From NCBI GenBank assembly GCA_937138275.1, contig CAKZOY010000355.1:1-34636 (forward strand): a DNA stretch of 34,636 bases, in the 5' to 3' direction. This document shows positions 1 through 8,354 of this stretch, one piece after another. Each line of letters starts with the position of its first letter. The first letter of the stretch is position 1. A program made the translations under genes and the position numbers. The notes under the pieces were generated by a model. That model saw only the letters and a program-made list of their open reading frames with translations. It was not told the DNA's origin and made no database searches. This DNA comes from an uncultured Chloroflexota bacterium. GTDB lineage: Bacteria > Chloroflexota > Anaerolineae > B4-G1 > DUEL01.

Positions 1-354
1 CGTGGGCGTATGCGTCGGGGTGGCGGTGAGCGTGTGGGTTGGCGTCGCCGTGGGCGTGTGCGTCGGCGTGGGCGTGTGGGTCGGGGTGGCGGTGGGCGTG
101 TGCGTCGGCGTCGGCGTGGGCGTATGCGTTGGCGTCGCCGTGGGCGTGTGGGTCGGCGTGGCGGTGGGCGTGCTGGTCGGCGTCGCCGTGGGCGTATGCG
201 TCGGGGTGGCGGTGGGCGTGTGGGTTGGCGTCGCCGTGGGCGTGTGGGTCGGGGTGGCGGTGGGCGTATGGGTTGGCGTCGCCGTGGGCGTGTGGGTTGG
301 CGTCGCCGTGGGCGTGTGCGTTGGGGTGGCGGTGGGCGTATTGGTTGGCGTCGG
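1..354 (-). repeat. 24-bp coding tandem repeat (at least 14 units) encoding octapeptide P-T-H-T-P-T-A-T, continuing beyond the window edge
   Basis: Reverse-complement reading gives [16 protein letters not shown] (most units), [24 protein letters not shown]. Units differ mainly at synonymous third positions (acc/acg, cca/ccg/ccc, cac/cat). Confidence 0.9.
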
Positions 355-3183
355 GATAGAAACCGGCACCAGACGAATCCAGGCCCAACCCCAGAAGGGA
401 TAGTCGTTGCCCCCGGGCAGGGGATCGGCCCGCTGGACGAAGATTTCTAAGAGGCCGTTGGTTACGGTCACCGTCCCCAATGTGTACTCGGCAAAGTCGC
501 CGGGAGTACCGCTGGTCACGTCGTAATAGAACTCTTCGGGGTTGGATGCCGTCGTGCCCCAGTAGTAGCGCAGGTTATGGCTCCAGTAGAGATTGGCGAT
601 CAGCGTGTAGGTGCCGTTGGGCACGGCGCCGTAGAAGCGCATCAGTGGGGGCGTTTCGTTGTATCCGGCAAATACCCCCGGATAGGCCCGCGGTGGCCAC
701 CAGAACTCGGTCCATTGATTGTCGTTGGGGTTGAGATCGTACGTGCTGGTGGTGGTTGGGAGCACGGGGTCCTGGTGGTCATCTTCCCACAGGTTGATCC
801 GGATGAAGGACGGAGTTGCGGTAGGCATCGGGCTGACCGTCGGGGGAGGGGAGGTGCTGCCGACCCAGATGTCGTCAATGTACCATCCGGGGCTGGCGGT
901 CTGGTTGTTGCATGCCAGACGAAACCGCAGGAGGACGGTCTGTCCGGCATAGTTGGAAAGGTCAATGACCACTTCCTCCATCGTTTCCAGGTTCCTCCCT
1001 GTCCAGGCAGGTCGTCCGCCGATGGGGTTCCCGTAGCCATGGAGGATGACACCTGTATATCCCCCAGAAATGATGTGAGGTTCCAAATCTGTGAAAGTGG
1101 CCCCGTTGTCGGTGGAGATTTCCACGACAGCCCCATCTCCGTTCGCCTCCAGTTGGTAGGTGTGCCAGAAGGAAAGGCGAGGGTCTTCGGGGACGATGAT
1201 CGGCCGGGTGATAAGGTAATCGTCTTTGATGCTGGCTGTGCCGCTACTGAAATAAGAGTGGGTCGGGCTGCGGTAGTATGCGGCAGAAAGCCGCCAGTCG
1301 TTCGTGCCCTGGGCGGAATAGGACGTCCAGTGTTCTCTGACCGGGTCCAGGTCGTCCCAGAACCCCGGCGCTGCGGGAGGGGTCGTGGGGGTGGGGGACG
1401 CGGTAGGTGTGGGGGTGGGGGTGAAGATGGTGCCCAGGGGAACGGAGACAGAGGTGCTGCCGGAGAAGGCAGGGACGTTCACCGAGGCGCGCAGGATGGT
1501 GCCTTCGTCTTCTGAAAATAGGTAAAATATCGTCGGGATGTCGGCAGAACCGGTCATGGTGACCATCACGCTGTGCGAGAGGGGGTCGTAGATAGCGTCG
1601 GCGATGTCGGAGGTGAAGACAGCACGGGCATAGCGAGCGGCATCGTCCATAGTCACGTAGATGGGGTCGTACGAGGCGATGTTGGCGGCAATGCCAGCGA
1701 GGATGGCGTTCCAGTTGGAGGGGGTGATCCAGTGGATGTAATACTCGTGGGTGAAGAGGGTGGCGATGACCATACTGTCCAGCGCCCGTTTGAGTTGCGC
1801 GGTGCCCCGCTGGATGCTTCCCTCCACATCGTTGTCGGGATACCACTCGTAACCGGTCACATCGCGGATTTCGGTGAAGACGTTGAAGGAGCGGCCGTCG
1901 TGTTCGGGATATCCGGGCACGGCGAGGTAGTCAGCGTAGTAGAAGGGGGCAGCGTTGGCGCTATCAGGGGCGTCGTAGAGGCGATACGGCCGGAGGCGCA
2001 GGGCCGGGGCACCGTACTCCTCTCCCGGAGTCATCAGAGTGCCGACGAACTCCACACCTATCTGGGCCAGTCCGTCAAAGGCCGGGGGATCAAACCGGTA
2101 GTAATGGGGGGCGACGAAAGTGGAGTGGGTGATCCCATGAGTGCTGAACCAGGCCCGAGCCTCGGCGAAGTTGTCGGCGATCTCTTCGGGAGTGCCCGTA
2201 TAGAAGAAGACGTTGAAATCCAGGGAGTGGACACCGACCGTCGCCTGTCCAGCGTCCACCAGGTCCCTCAACTGGGCGATAGAGGTGGGGCTGAGAGTGC
2301 GCAGGAATATCCCCAGCCAGGGCTTGAATCCGTACCGGTTGGCGGTGACCACCCAGTCGTAGCCCCCGGTGGAGTCATCGTTCCGGAAAGTGACCAGGGG
2401 AGGCAGCCCTTGCATCACGAACGGCTTACGGGCAGCCCAGACGAACCCCCGCCAGACCAGGTCGTCAAACCCCTGGAGCGGGCCCCAGATATGCCGGTCT
2501 ATCCAGTTGTAAGAGGCCCACTGGAGGGCGCGCCCCTGACCGTAGGTGACGGCAATGAGCAAGGGTTGGCCGTTCAGGGAGGCAAGGGTCACACCGTCGG
2601 CTGGCGGGACAACGCCGGTGGGCATAATGTTCTGATCCATCACATAGGTTGCGCCGAGCGGCTGGGCGGCGATGATATAGTTCCATGGCGGGCCAACACT
2701 GGTGTGGATGGTCACCTGGTTGTGTGGAGTAGAAGAAGTGTATCCGAAGCGGAAGATGTTCTGGACGTAGGAGTAACTACCGTCGGCCAGGGCGTTGTCA
2801 AAGTTGACCAGTCCGGTGCCGGCAAAGACAGCGGCCGAAATGATGGACTGTTCGGTGGAATCCAAGTAAAGGTGACTGGGGTCCAGGTTGCGGTGGCCGA
2901 TGATGATGAGGGCATACTCCGCAATGGAGGAGGTCACCGGCGCGGAGGCAATATCCAGGACGGTGTAGGGGATGCCGAAGTGGTCCAGGTAGGGGCGGAT
3001 GTACTGAGCGAAATCGGTGTAATTGCTACTGGCGGAGTTGACCAGGACGACGGCACCTATCCGGCGCGTTTGGTTGTCCTGTCCCATTACCGGTTGGCGG
3101 GTCAGGTAAAGAAGGCCGTTGGCCGCCAGAGCGGTGGCGATGACCACGAGCAGCCAGCGTCGGAGGAAGGGTGATTGGGCCAT
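1..3183 (-). CDS. Large secreted/cell-surface protein, C-terminus cut by window edge (>=1061 aa): signal anchor, class-I-GATase-like plus hydrolase/deacetylase-like region, MAM/immune-inhibitor-A-like beta-sandwich, C-terminal PTHTPTAT repeats
   Basis: Not in the supplied ORF track because it has no stop inside the window. I read the frame by hand. Plus-strand triplets 1-3, 4-6 ... 3181-3183 contain no tta/cta/tca. The cat at 3181-3183 is the ATG. The next upstream in-frame stop is tta at 3238-3240, with no alternative start between. N-terminus [27 protein letters not shown] is a hydrophobic signal anchor. Internal motifs: [38 protein letters not shown] ... [25 protein letters not shown]. The plus-strand ORFs 577..1515 and 1573..3174 are its antisense shadows. 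Confidence 0.85.
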   Translation of the reverse strand, partial: MAQSPFLRRWLLVVIATALAANGLLYLTRQPVMGQDNQTRRIGAVVLVNSASSNYTDFAQYIRPYLDHFGIPYTVLDIASAPVTSSIAEYALIIIGHRNLDPSHLYLDSTEQSIISAAVFAGTGLVNFDNALADGSYSYVQNIFRFGYTSSTPHNQVTIHTSVGPPWNYIIAAQPLGATYVMDQNIMPTGVVPPADGVTLASLNGQPLLIAVTYGQGRALQWASYNWIDRHIWGPLQGFDDLVWRGFVWAARKPFVMQGLPPLVTFRNDDSTGGYDWVVTANRYGFKPWLGIFLRTLSPTSIAQLRDLVDAGQATVGVHSLDFNVFFYTGTPEEIADNFAEARAWFSTHGITHSTFVAPHYYRFDPPAFDGLAQIGVEFVGTLMTPGEEYGAPALRLRPYRLYDAPDSANAAPFYYADYLAVPGYPEHDGRSFNVFTEIRDVTGYEWYPDNDVEGSIQRGTAQLKRALDSMVIATLFTHEYYIHWITPSNWNAILAGIAANIASYDPIYVTMDDAARYARAVFTSDIADAIYDPLSHSVMVTMTGSADIPTIFYLFSEDEGTILRASVNVPAFSGSTSVSVPLGTIFTPTPTPTASPTPTTPPAAPGFWDDLDPVREHWTSYSAQGTNDWRLSAAYYRSPTHSYFSSGTASIKDDYLITRPIIVPEDPRLSFWHTYQLEANGDGAVVEISTDNGATFTDLEPHIISGGYTGVILHGYGNPIGGRPAWTGRNLETMEEVVIDLSNYAGQTVLLRFRLACNNQTASPGWYIDDIWVGSTSPPPTVSPMPTATPSFIRINLWEDDHQDPVLPTTTSTYDLNPNDNQWTEFWWPPRAYPGVFAGYNETPPLMRFYGAVPNGTYTLIANLYWSHNLRYYWGTTASNPEEFYYDVTSGTPGDFAEYTLGTVTVTNGLLEIFVQRADPLPGGNDYPFWGWAWIRLVPVSIPTPTNTPTATPTHTPTATPTHTPTATPTHTPTATPTHTPTATPTHTPTATPTHTPTATPTSTPTATPTHTPTATPTHTPTPTPTHTPTATPTHTPTPTHTPTATPTHTLTATPTHTPT

Positions 3184-3193
3184 GATATCCGTC

Positions 3194-4153
3194 CTATCCG
3201 CTCTCCGGGGGGGCAGCCCGCCCGTTTTGAGCGTCCGTTAAGATTTGCCAGCAGCCCTCCCAGACTCGCCGCGCGGTGCGGAATTGGGCCCTTGCGGGGG
3301 CGCGACGGGCAGGGAAGGGCAAAGTCAGGGTCGCGATCGCAGTTTTCACTCCGTAGGCGGTCGCGATGGCTATGCCCAGCAGGAGGGCGGGCAGGAAGCC
3401 GTAGTGCTTGCGGAAAAAGCGCATTTTGCTCCGGTAGAGGCGTCCCACCGATTCGGGGCGGCATTGCTTGCTGCTGGCCCCGCCGAAGTGGACAATCTCT
3501 ACGTCGGGCAGGTAGTACACTTTCCACCCGGCCCGGTGGATGCGGTAGCACAGGTCCGTATCTTCGGAGTACATCCAGAAGCCCTCATCCAGTGGGCCGA
3601 CGGCCTCCAGGGCCATCCGGCGCAAGAGCAGGGATGCGCCGGGAACCCAATCCACCGGAGCGGGCCGGTCGTCGGGCCGGGGGGAGGGGCTGGGATGGTA
3701 CGGCCCATAAAGGCGGCGGTTCAGGCCGAAGGCGGAGAGGCTTTCCGAGAGTAGCGTCGGGAAGCGGGCGTAGGAGGCCTGGAAGGAACCGTCCGGGTTG
3801 ACCAGTTTGGGACCGGCTGCCCCGGCATCGGGGTGGTCTTCCATAAAAGCGACCATTCGGGCCAGGCTCCCGGGCGGGGCAACGGTGTCGCTATTGAGCA
3901 GAAGGACGTAACGCCCCCGGCTGAGGGTGATCCCCTGATTGGTGGCACGGACGAAACCGGCGTTTTCCCCATTTTCCACCAGATGAACCTGGGGGTAGTG
4001 GGCGCGCACCATAGCGGCGCTGCCGTCGGTGGAATTGTTATCCACCACGATGGTTTCAGCGCTCAGTCCTTCCGTTGCCGCGGGAAGGGAATCCAGGCAT
4101 CGGCGCAGAAGTTCCCTTGTGTTCCAGTTTACAACGACGATAGAGAGGTCCAT
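3194..4153 (-). CDS. Family 2 glycosyltransferase (GT-A fold)
   Basis: N-terminus [23 protein letters not shown]...[10 protein letters not shown]...NAGF...LLNSD and a later [10 protein letters not shown] are classic GT2 motifs. Hydrophobic C-terminal segment. Stop is 10 nt upstream of the next gene start. Confidence 0.85.
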   Translation of the reverse strand: MDLSIVVVNWNTRELLRRCLDSLPAATEGLSAETIVVDNNSTDGSAAMVRAHYPQVHLVENGENAGFVRATNQGITLSRGRYVLLLNSDTVAPPGSLARMVAFMEDHPDAGAAGPKLVNPDGSFQASYARFPTLLSESLSAFGLNRRLYGPYHPSPSPRPDDRPAPVDWVPGASLLLRRMALEAVGPLDEGFWMYSEDTDLCYRIHRAGWKVYYLPDVEIVHFGGASSKQCRPESVGRLYRSKMRFFRKHYGFLPALLLGIAIATAYGVKTAIATLTLPFPARRAPARAQFRTARRVWEGCWQILTDAQNGRAAPPESG

Positions 4154-4265
4154 ACGATGATCGTATCTTTCTGCCGGAGACCGAACCCTCGGCTCAAAGC
4201 GAGACCCGACTGGCGCAGGCTGAAGCGTTGCTCTGGTCTGAAAATAAACTGCGGTTCGGCTCGTG

Positions 4266-4373
4266 GGTGGTCACTCCGATAGGTAGTGATAAACCTGATC
4301 GTCCAGTTCTATGCCGGTTTCATTTGCCCCCCTTACCCCCTCCCCGTCGAGGGCGGACGGATTGTCCGCCTAC
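4266..4373. repeat. Dispersed intergenic repeat, copy A (inverted partner at 24795..24877)
   Basis: ggtggtcactccgataggtag ... tttcatttgcccc..ccttaccccctcccc..gagggcggacgg..tccgcc matches the reverse complement of 24795..24877. Copy A carries an extra 31 nt (4287-4317). Contains the hairpin ggcggac/gtccgcc. Confidence 0.8.
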
Positions 4374-4390
4374 GGCCGCACGGGGAGGAA

Positions 4391-4506
4391 AGGGCAAGGA
4401 CAAGCCTTGCCCTTACGGGGGTTTTGGCGCTGGCGGCCGAAGGCCGCCTGCGCCAAAACCTTTATTTTTCTCCCCCTTCTCCCCCGCCCGGCGGGGGAGA
4501 AGGGGG
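4391..4506. repeat. Cluster of three GC-rich palindromic (REP-like) hairpins
   Basis: agggcaagg/ccttgccct (4391-4413). ggttttggcgc...gcgccaaaacc (4420-4460), same family as 12855-12903. cccccttctcccccgcc/ggcgggggagaaggggg (4472-4506). Confidence 0.8.
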
Positions 4507-4699
4507 CTGGGGGGATGAGGGGGCGCTCATATCCGCCAACAGGTGATTCCTGGTATTGCTGGAATAATTTGTCCATTACAAGATGTCGTGGCCATGGGCC
4601 TGCAGGCCGGCGGCGGTTCGGCATGCACGCTGTTCGGCCCCTCCGCGGTAGCGCGGGGGAAAATGATGGGCGGCGACGACGATTTTCACGTTATCTGCG

Positions 4700-6298
4700 C
4701 TATCTGTTCTTGGCCGCGTACAATTCATAATAGATGAGCGTCCAACTGCTCTCAACGGTTGTGACTAACTGATACTCTTCCGCCAGGACCTCCGCCGGGT
4801 AGAGCGACACCCAGCGGGCGAACGGTCCCACGAGAACGTAATCGGGAGAGACGTGTTGACGAAAGTCGTACCATTCTGCCGGTGCGTGTTCGCCCAGCCA
4901 GATATGGCGGACAGCGATATTGAGTAATGCTGCAGGCGGGAAATGGTAGTTATGGTCGGTCAGGAACCCCATCTCCTGCTCCCAGGTTTCAATCAGGCTG
5001 TCGTGCGGCACATGCTCTTCCAGGTAGGCTGCCATTGCCGCAGGAGCATTGAAGGGGGGCGATGCAATCTGGCGCACGTAGTATGCCAGAGGGCGACCGA
5101 TCATCAGTATTAGCCAGAGCAGCGCCGCCCAGCGTAATGCCTCTTTTTGCGGGGTGACCTGTCCCCGGCGCAGGTCTTCCCACAGGGATTTCCCTCCAAA
5201 CTGAAAACTATTGGTCATGTCACGGAAAAAGCGGGCGGCGAACAGGCTGGCGATGGAAAGGCCCGGGAAGGCGTAGCGCGGCCAACTGACAGACGCAGCC
5301 ACGTACCAGCTCAGATTTACCGCTACCAGCCCCAGCAATGTTCCCCACCGCAACCCCTCCCGGCTACGGGGCAGCGCCGTGAAGAATCCGTAGGCCAGCA
5401 CGGGCACGATCGCCCCCATCTGCACCTCCAGGCTGAGTAGGTACTTAATGCTTTCTTTCATCAAGTTGGGGGAGAAAACCATCGCTGCTCCAGCCGTTTG
5501 CTCTCGCAGCATCTTCAGGTTCTCGCTGGCGGTCGTCGGACCCAGATAAATGAGCATATAAACCTGCCACAGGAGAAAACAGGTCATAGCGACAATCCCT
5601 GGGATAAGGAAAGCCCGCTGGGGGAGCGCGCGATAGTAGGTCAGGTTGGCAAGCCACATCAGGCCCAGCGCGGGGATCAGTACCAGCAGATACTGGTTTT
5701 TGGTGACCGTTGCAAGTCCCAGGAGCGCTCCGGCCAGCAACAGACGTTTCCGGTCAACGCTCTCCCACACTTTGAACCACACCGATAGTCCCACAATCAA
5801 GAAGAAGAGACCCGGCACTTCTCCCATAACCTGTCGCCCATACTCCAGCAAGGAGACCCCCCGGGAAGTCACCAGCAGGGCGGTTGCTGCTATCGCAAAT
5901 CCGTATCCGCCCAGTCCCCGAGCCAGCCGGTAGAAGGCGTAGACGGCCGCCAGCAGGTAGACGGCCATCACCAGGCGGGCTTGCAGCAGGCCGATGCCGA
6001 AAATCCGGAAGACTGCGGCGATGGGCAGCATCACCGTCGGACCGACGCCGACCGTCGGACCGTAGTAGCGGAAGCCATCGCTGCTGTAATCGGCGTAGAC
6101 CCCGAAACGCACGAGGGTTTTCGGGACGTGCAGGTGAGAGCCCTCGTCAAACCAGGTCAGCGGGTAATCGGTCAGGTTGTACAGGGCCAGGAATAGGAGG
6201 GCGGCGATGGCGAAGGCGGACGCAATGAGTTGCCCGGTAACGCCCACTTTCTGGCCGAGAAGGGCCTGGACTGCAAATCCTCGGGTATTGCTATTCAT
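4700..6298 (-). CDS. GT-C fold membrane glycosyltransferase, GT39/PMT_2-like (polyprenyl-phosphate-sugar dependent)
   Basis: About 12 hydrophobic segments. First extracytoplasmic loop has YPLTWFDEGSHLHV, resembling the FDE(V/K)H acidic motif of protein O-mannosyltransferases. Start moved to ATG 6298 (MNSNTRG), which has AGGAGGG 4-5 nt upstream. The track start at 6325 lacks an RBS and overlaps the upstream gene. Confidence 0.8.
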   Translation of the reverse strand: MNSNTRGFAVQALLGQKVGVTGQLIASAFAIAALLFLALYNLTDYPLTWFDEGSHLHVPKTLVRFGVYADYSSDGFRYYGPTVGVGPTVMLPIAAVFRIFGIGLLQARLVMAVYLLAAVYAFYRLARGLGGYGFAIAATALLVTSRGVSLLEYGRQVMGEVPGLFFLIVGLSVWFKVWESVDRKRLLLAGALLGLATVTKNQYLLVLIPALGLMWLANLTYYRALPQRAFLIPGIVAMTCFLLWQVYMLIYLGPTTASENLKMLREQTAGAAMVFSPNLMKESIKYLLSLEVQMGAIVPVLAYGFFTALPRSREGLRWGTLLGLVAVNLSWYVAASVSWPRYAFPGLSIASLFAARFFRDMTNSFQFGGKSLWEDLRRGQVTPQKEALRWAALLWLILMIGRPLAYYVRQIASPPFNAPAAMAAYLEEHVPHDSLIETWEQEMGFLTDHNYHFPPAALLNIAVRHIWLGEHAPAEWYDFRQHVSPDYVLVGPFARWVSLYPAEVLAEEYQLVTTVESSWTLIYYELYAAKNR

Positions 6299-6317
6299 AA
6301 TGCCCTCCTGCTCGCCT

Positions 6318-8342
6318 CTATGCATAGGTTGCTACCACGGAATATGAACCTGCCCGAACGGACATACACCCGTATGGGATTCCCCCCACTCTGCGCTCGC
6401 TATAGGGGACGGGTCGCCCCTCCACCTCCACCTGAGACAACCGGGCTCCCCCATGCTCCAAAGGGACCATCAGGGTCAGTTCCGCATCGGCGACTGCCTG
6501 AGTCACCAGTTGGAAACTCAGGCGTCGGGTCTCCGGATGCCATTGTACTTCTTCCAGAGCAGCGTCGTGCCGGACTTCGGTGAAGCGCAGCCATTCGGCT
6601 GCCGACCAGATGGGGATACCGTGGGTTGCTGCATATTCCAGCGTTCCCTCCATCCAGTGGCCTGCCTCGTTGGCAAGGTCGCTACCGCTTTGGATGAACG
6701 GGTCGGTGTGGAATTGGGCAACAATCGCAGCGGGAAAGCGGTCAAGGCTGCTGCGCAGAAGGTTTCTTGAGATCGTCACCGCATCTTCGGCCAGCAACCG
6801 TGCCGGCCCGTTGGCAAAGGCCAGCAGGTGCTCATCTGTTAATTGCGTCAGTTGCTGGTAAATGTTCAATACGCGGCCCTGTTCGTCCACGAACTTCATC
6901 GGTAGCCCGCTGCCGGTGAAATGCCCATAAACCCACTCCTCGGTTTCGGTGCGGAAGGCGGGGCCCCAATGGTAGTAGTCCAGATTCAGGCCAATCCCAT
7001 AGGAGACCTGAAGGCGAGCGGTTTCCACCCAACCGGTCCATAGGATGCGGTGAGTGCGCACTGTCGGCGAGATCGGGCCGTAGCCCAGGCCGGTGAACTC
7101 CCGCCAGTACGTGTCCCATCCCTGTTCCAGACCGTCGTCCACATAGGGGTGTACGGTGAATTCGTGTCCGCGCGCTCGCCAATTGGCGATATGAGAAGGT
7201 GTCGGAAGGGTGTACGGGCCAGCCAGTGCTTCTCCTACCAGAGGGAGCCCCTCCGCCCATCGCTTTGTCCGGCGGCCTGCACGGCGCCAGTGGCCGGGAG
7301 AGAGAGGCGGCGAGTAGTAGATGGACATCCGGCCGCCATACCGCTCCACCCGTTTCAGCGCATTCTCTATGGCCCAGGTCGGGTTGTTGTGCGAGTCACC
7401 AGTGGCGATGAGTATCGCCCTTGCCATGCCCGGGAGGTACCCCAACCGGGGCAGTGGCGGGCCCTCCTGGCTCATAAATGCCAGCAGATTGACCAGCAGC
7501 CGTTGCTGTTCATCGGCCTGGGGTATGGGGATACGCTCCGGGTCCATCCAGCCCACGAACATATCGCAGGCCCGTATGTAATTCGCTCCATCCTGTTCCT
7601 GGTTTGCCCAGGCCGGGTTGCCCTGGCGGGTATAGGCCACACTGCGGGCCAGGTCAAAGGCCCACATCGCTGCCCAGCCTTCTCCAGAACGGTAGATGGT
7701 CACGGCCGGGAAACTGGTCCGCGTGGCTCGGTCGCTATGTAGCCAGGCCACCGCATCCGCGCCCGCCAGGCGATAATGGTCGGCTACGCCGTGGAACTGC
7801 AAAGTCTCCGTTGCAATCCCCCTGCCCACCGGATGGCTCGCCTCCACCTGCAGGTATCCCTCTGCCGTGGTGCCTCCCGTCGGTTGCAGGCCAAGGAGGG
7901 GAGCCAGGCGGACGTCGGGCCGCATAGCGATCAGTCGCCCGCCTTGGGCGACATAACTTTCCAGTCGCTTCGCCTGGTTGGCGCTCAGCGGCCCCTCTGC
8001 AAGGAGAATCAGGTCAAATCGTTCCAGGGGGATCCGGTCCATGTCGGATAGGCGCGCGGTCCAGAAACAATTCAGTCCCTCGGCGCGCAGGATCTCTGCC
8101 AGGTAGAGCCCGAAGGGATTGTCGCTGCGTTCGTTGATCAGCAGCAGGATGGGGCGGACCGCTGCCGGAAGCGATGACCAGTTCTCCAGTATCTCTACGG
8201 GCGCGTAGGGAGAGAGGCGGGGGGGCGGATCGCCCTCCGCGTCCTGTAGCAGGTCGTAGCCCAGCAGGGTCGGTACAGCGAGGGTGCCGGCGATCCCTGC
8301 CAGTTTCAGGAATTGGCGACGGGTGAGTTTGGGAGCAGTCAT
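6318..8342 (-). CDS. Tat-exported protein of unknown function (GATase1-like N-domain plus hydrolase/deacetylase-like domain)
   Basis: Twin-arginine signal MTAPKLTRRQFLKLAGIAGTLAVPTLL. Domain order resembles the 1..3183 protein (ILLLINERSD...LILLAEG...GGRLIAM; ILIATGDSHNNP; HEFTVHPY). Confidence 0.7.
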   Translation of the reverse strand: MTAPKLTRRQFLKLAGIAGTLAVPTLLGYDLLQDAEGDPPPRLSPYAPVEILENWSSLPAAVRPILLLINERSDNPFGLYLAEILRAEGLNCFWTARLSDMDRIPLERFDLILLAEGPLSANQAKRLESYVAQGGRLIAMRPDVRLAPLLGLQPTGGTTAEGYLQVEASHPVGRGIATETLQFHGVADHYRLAGADAVAWLHSDRATRTSFPAVTIYRSGEGWAAMWAFDLARSVAYTRQGNPAWANQEQDGANYIRACDMFVGWMDPERIPIPQADEQQRLLVNLLAFMSQEGPPLPRLGYLPGMARAILIATGDSHNNPTWAIENALKRVERYGGRMSIYYSPPLSPGHWRRAGRRTKRWAEGLPLVGEALAGPYTLPTPSHIANWRARGHEFTVHPYVDDGLEQGWDTYWREFTGLGYGPISPTVRTHRILWTGWVETARLQVSYGIGLNLDYYHWGPAFRTETEEWVYGHFTGSGLPMKFVDEQGRVLNIYQQLTQLTDEHLLAFANGPARLLAEDAVTISRNLLRSSLDRFPAAIVAQFHTDPFIQSGSDLANEAGHWMEGTLEYAATHGIPIWSAAEWLRFTEVRHDAALEEVQWHPETRRLSFQLVTQAVADAELTLMVPLEHGGARLSQVEVEGRPVPYSERRVGGIPYGCMSVRAGSYSVVATYA

Positions 8343-8354
8343 TGCCGTTCTTCC

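Noticed and set aside
2-450. Three overlapping plus-strand ORFs (133, 146, 106 aa) with GVAVGV / RRGRV / WACASA low-complexity translations
   Set aside because: They are antisense or off-frame readings of the 24-bp PTHTPTAT coding repeat of the minus-strand gene. No start context and no sensible composition.
577-3174. Long plus-strand ORFs 577..1515 (312 aa) and 1573..3174 (533 aa)
   Set aside because: They are Gly/Val/Asp/Arg-rich shadow ORFs opposite the verified 1061-codon minus-strand frame. They show no recognisable motifs, whereas the minus frame gives a signal peptide and conserved domain motifs.
4266-4506. CRISPR-array interpretation of the repeated hairpins here and at 12855-12903 and 24795-25027
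   Set aside because: There are no regularly spaced identical direct repeats with unique spacers. The copies are different palindrome families, some inverted, kilobases apart. No cas genes are present.
4228-4737. Five small ORFs (64-139 aa, both strands) in the 546-bp gap
   Set aside because: Their translations (PLTPSPSRADGLSAYGRTGRKGQGQALPLRGFWRWRP..., GEKGAGGMRG) are simply read-through of GC-rich palindromic repeats. They overlap each other mutually and have no RBS.
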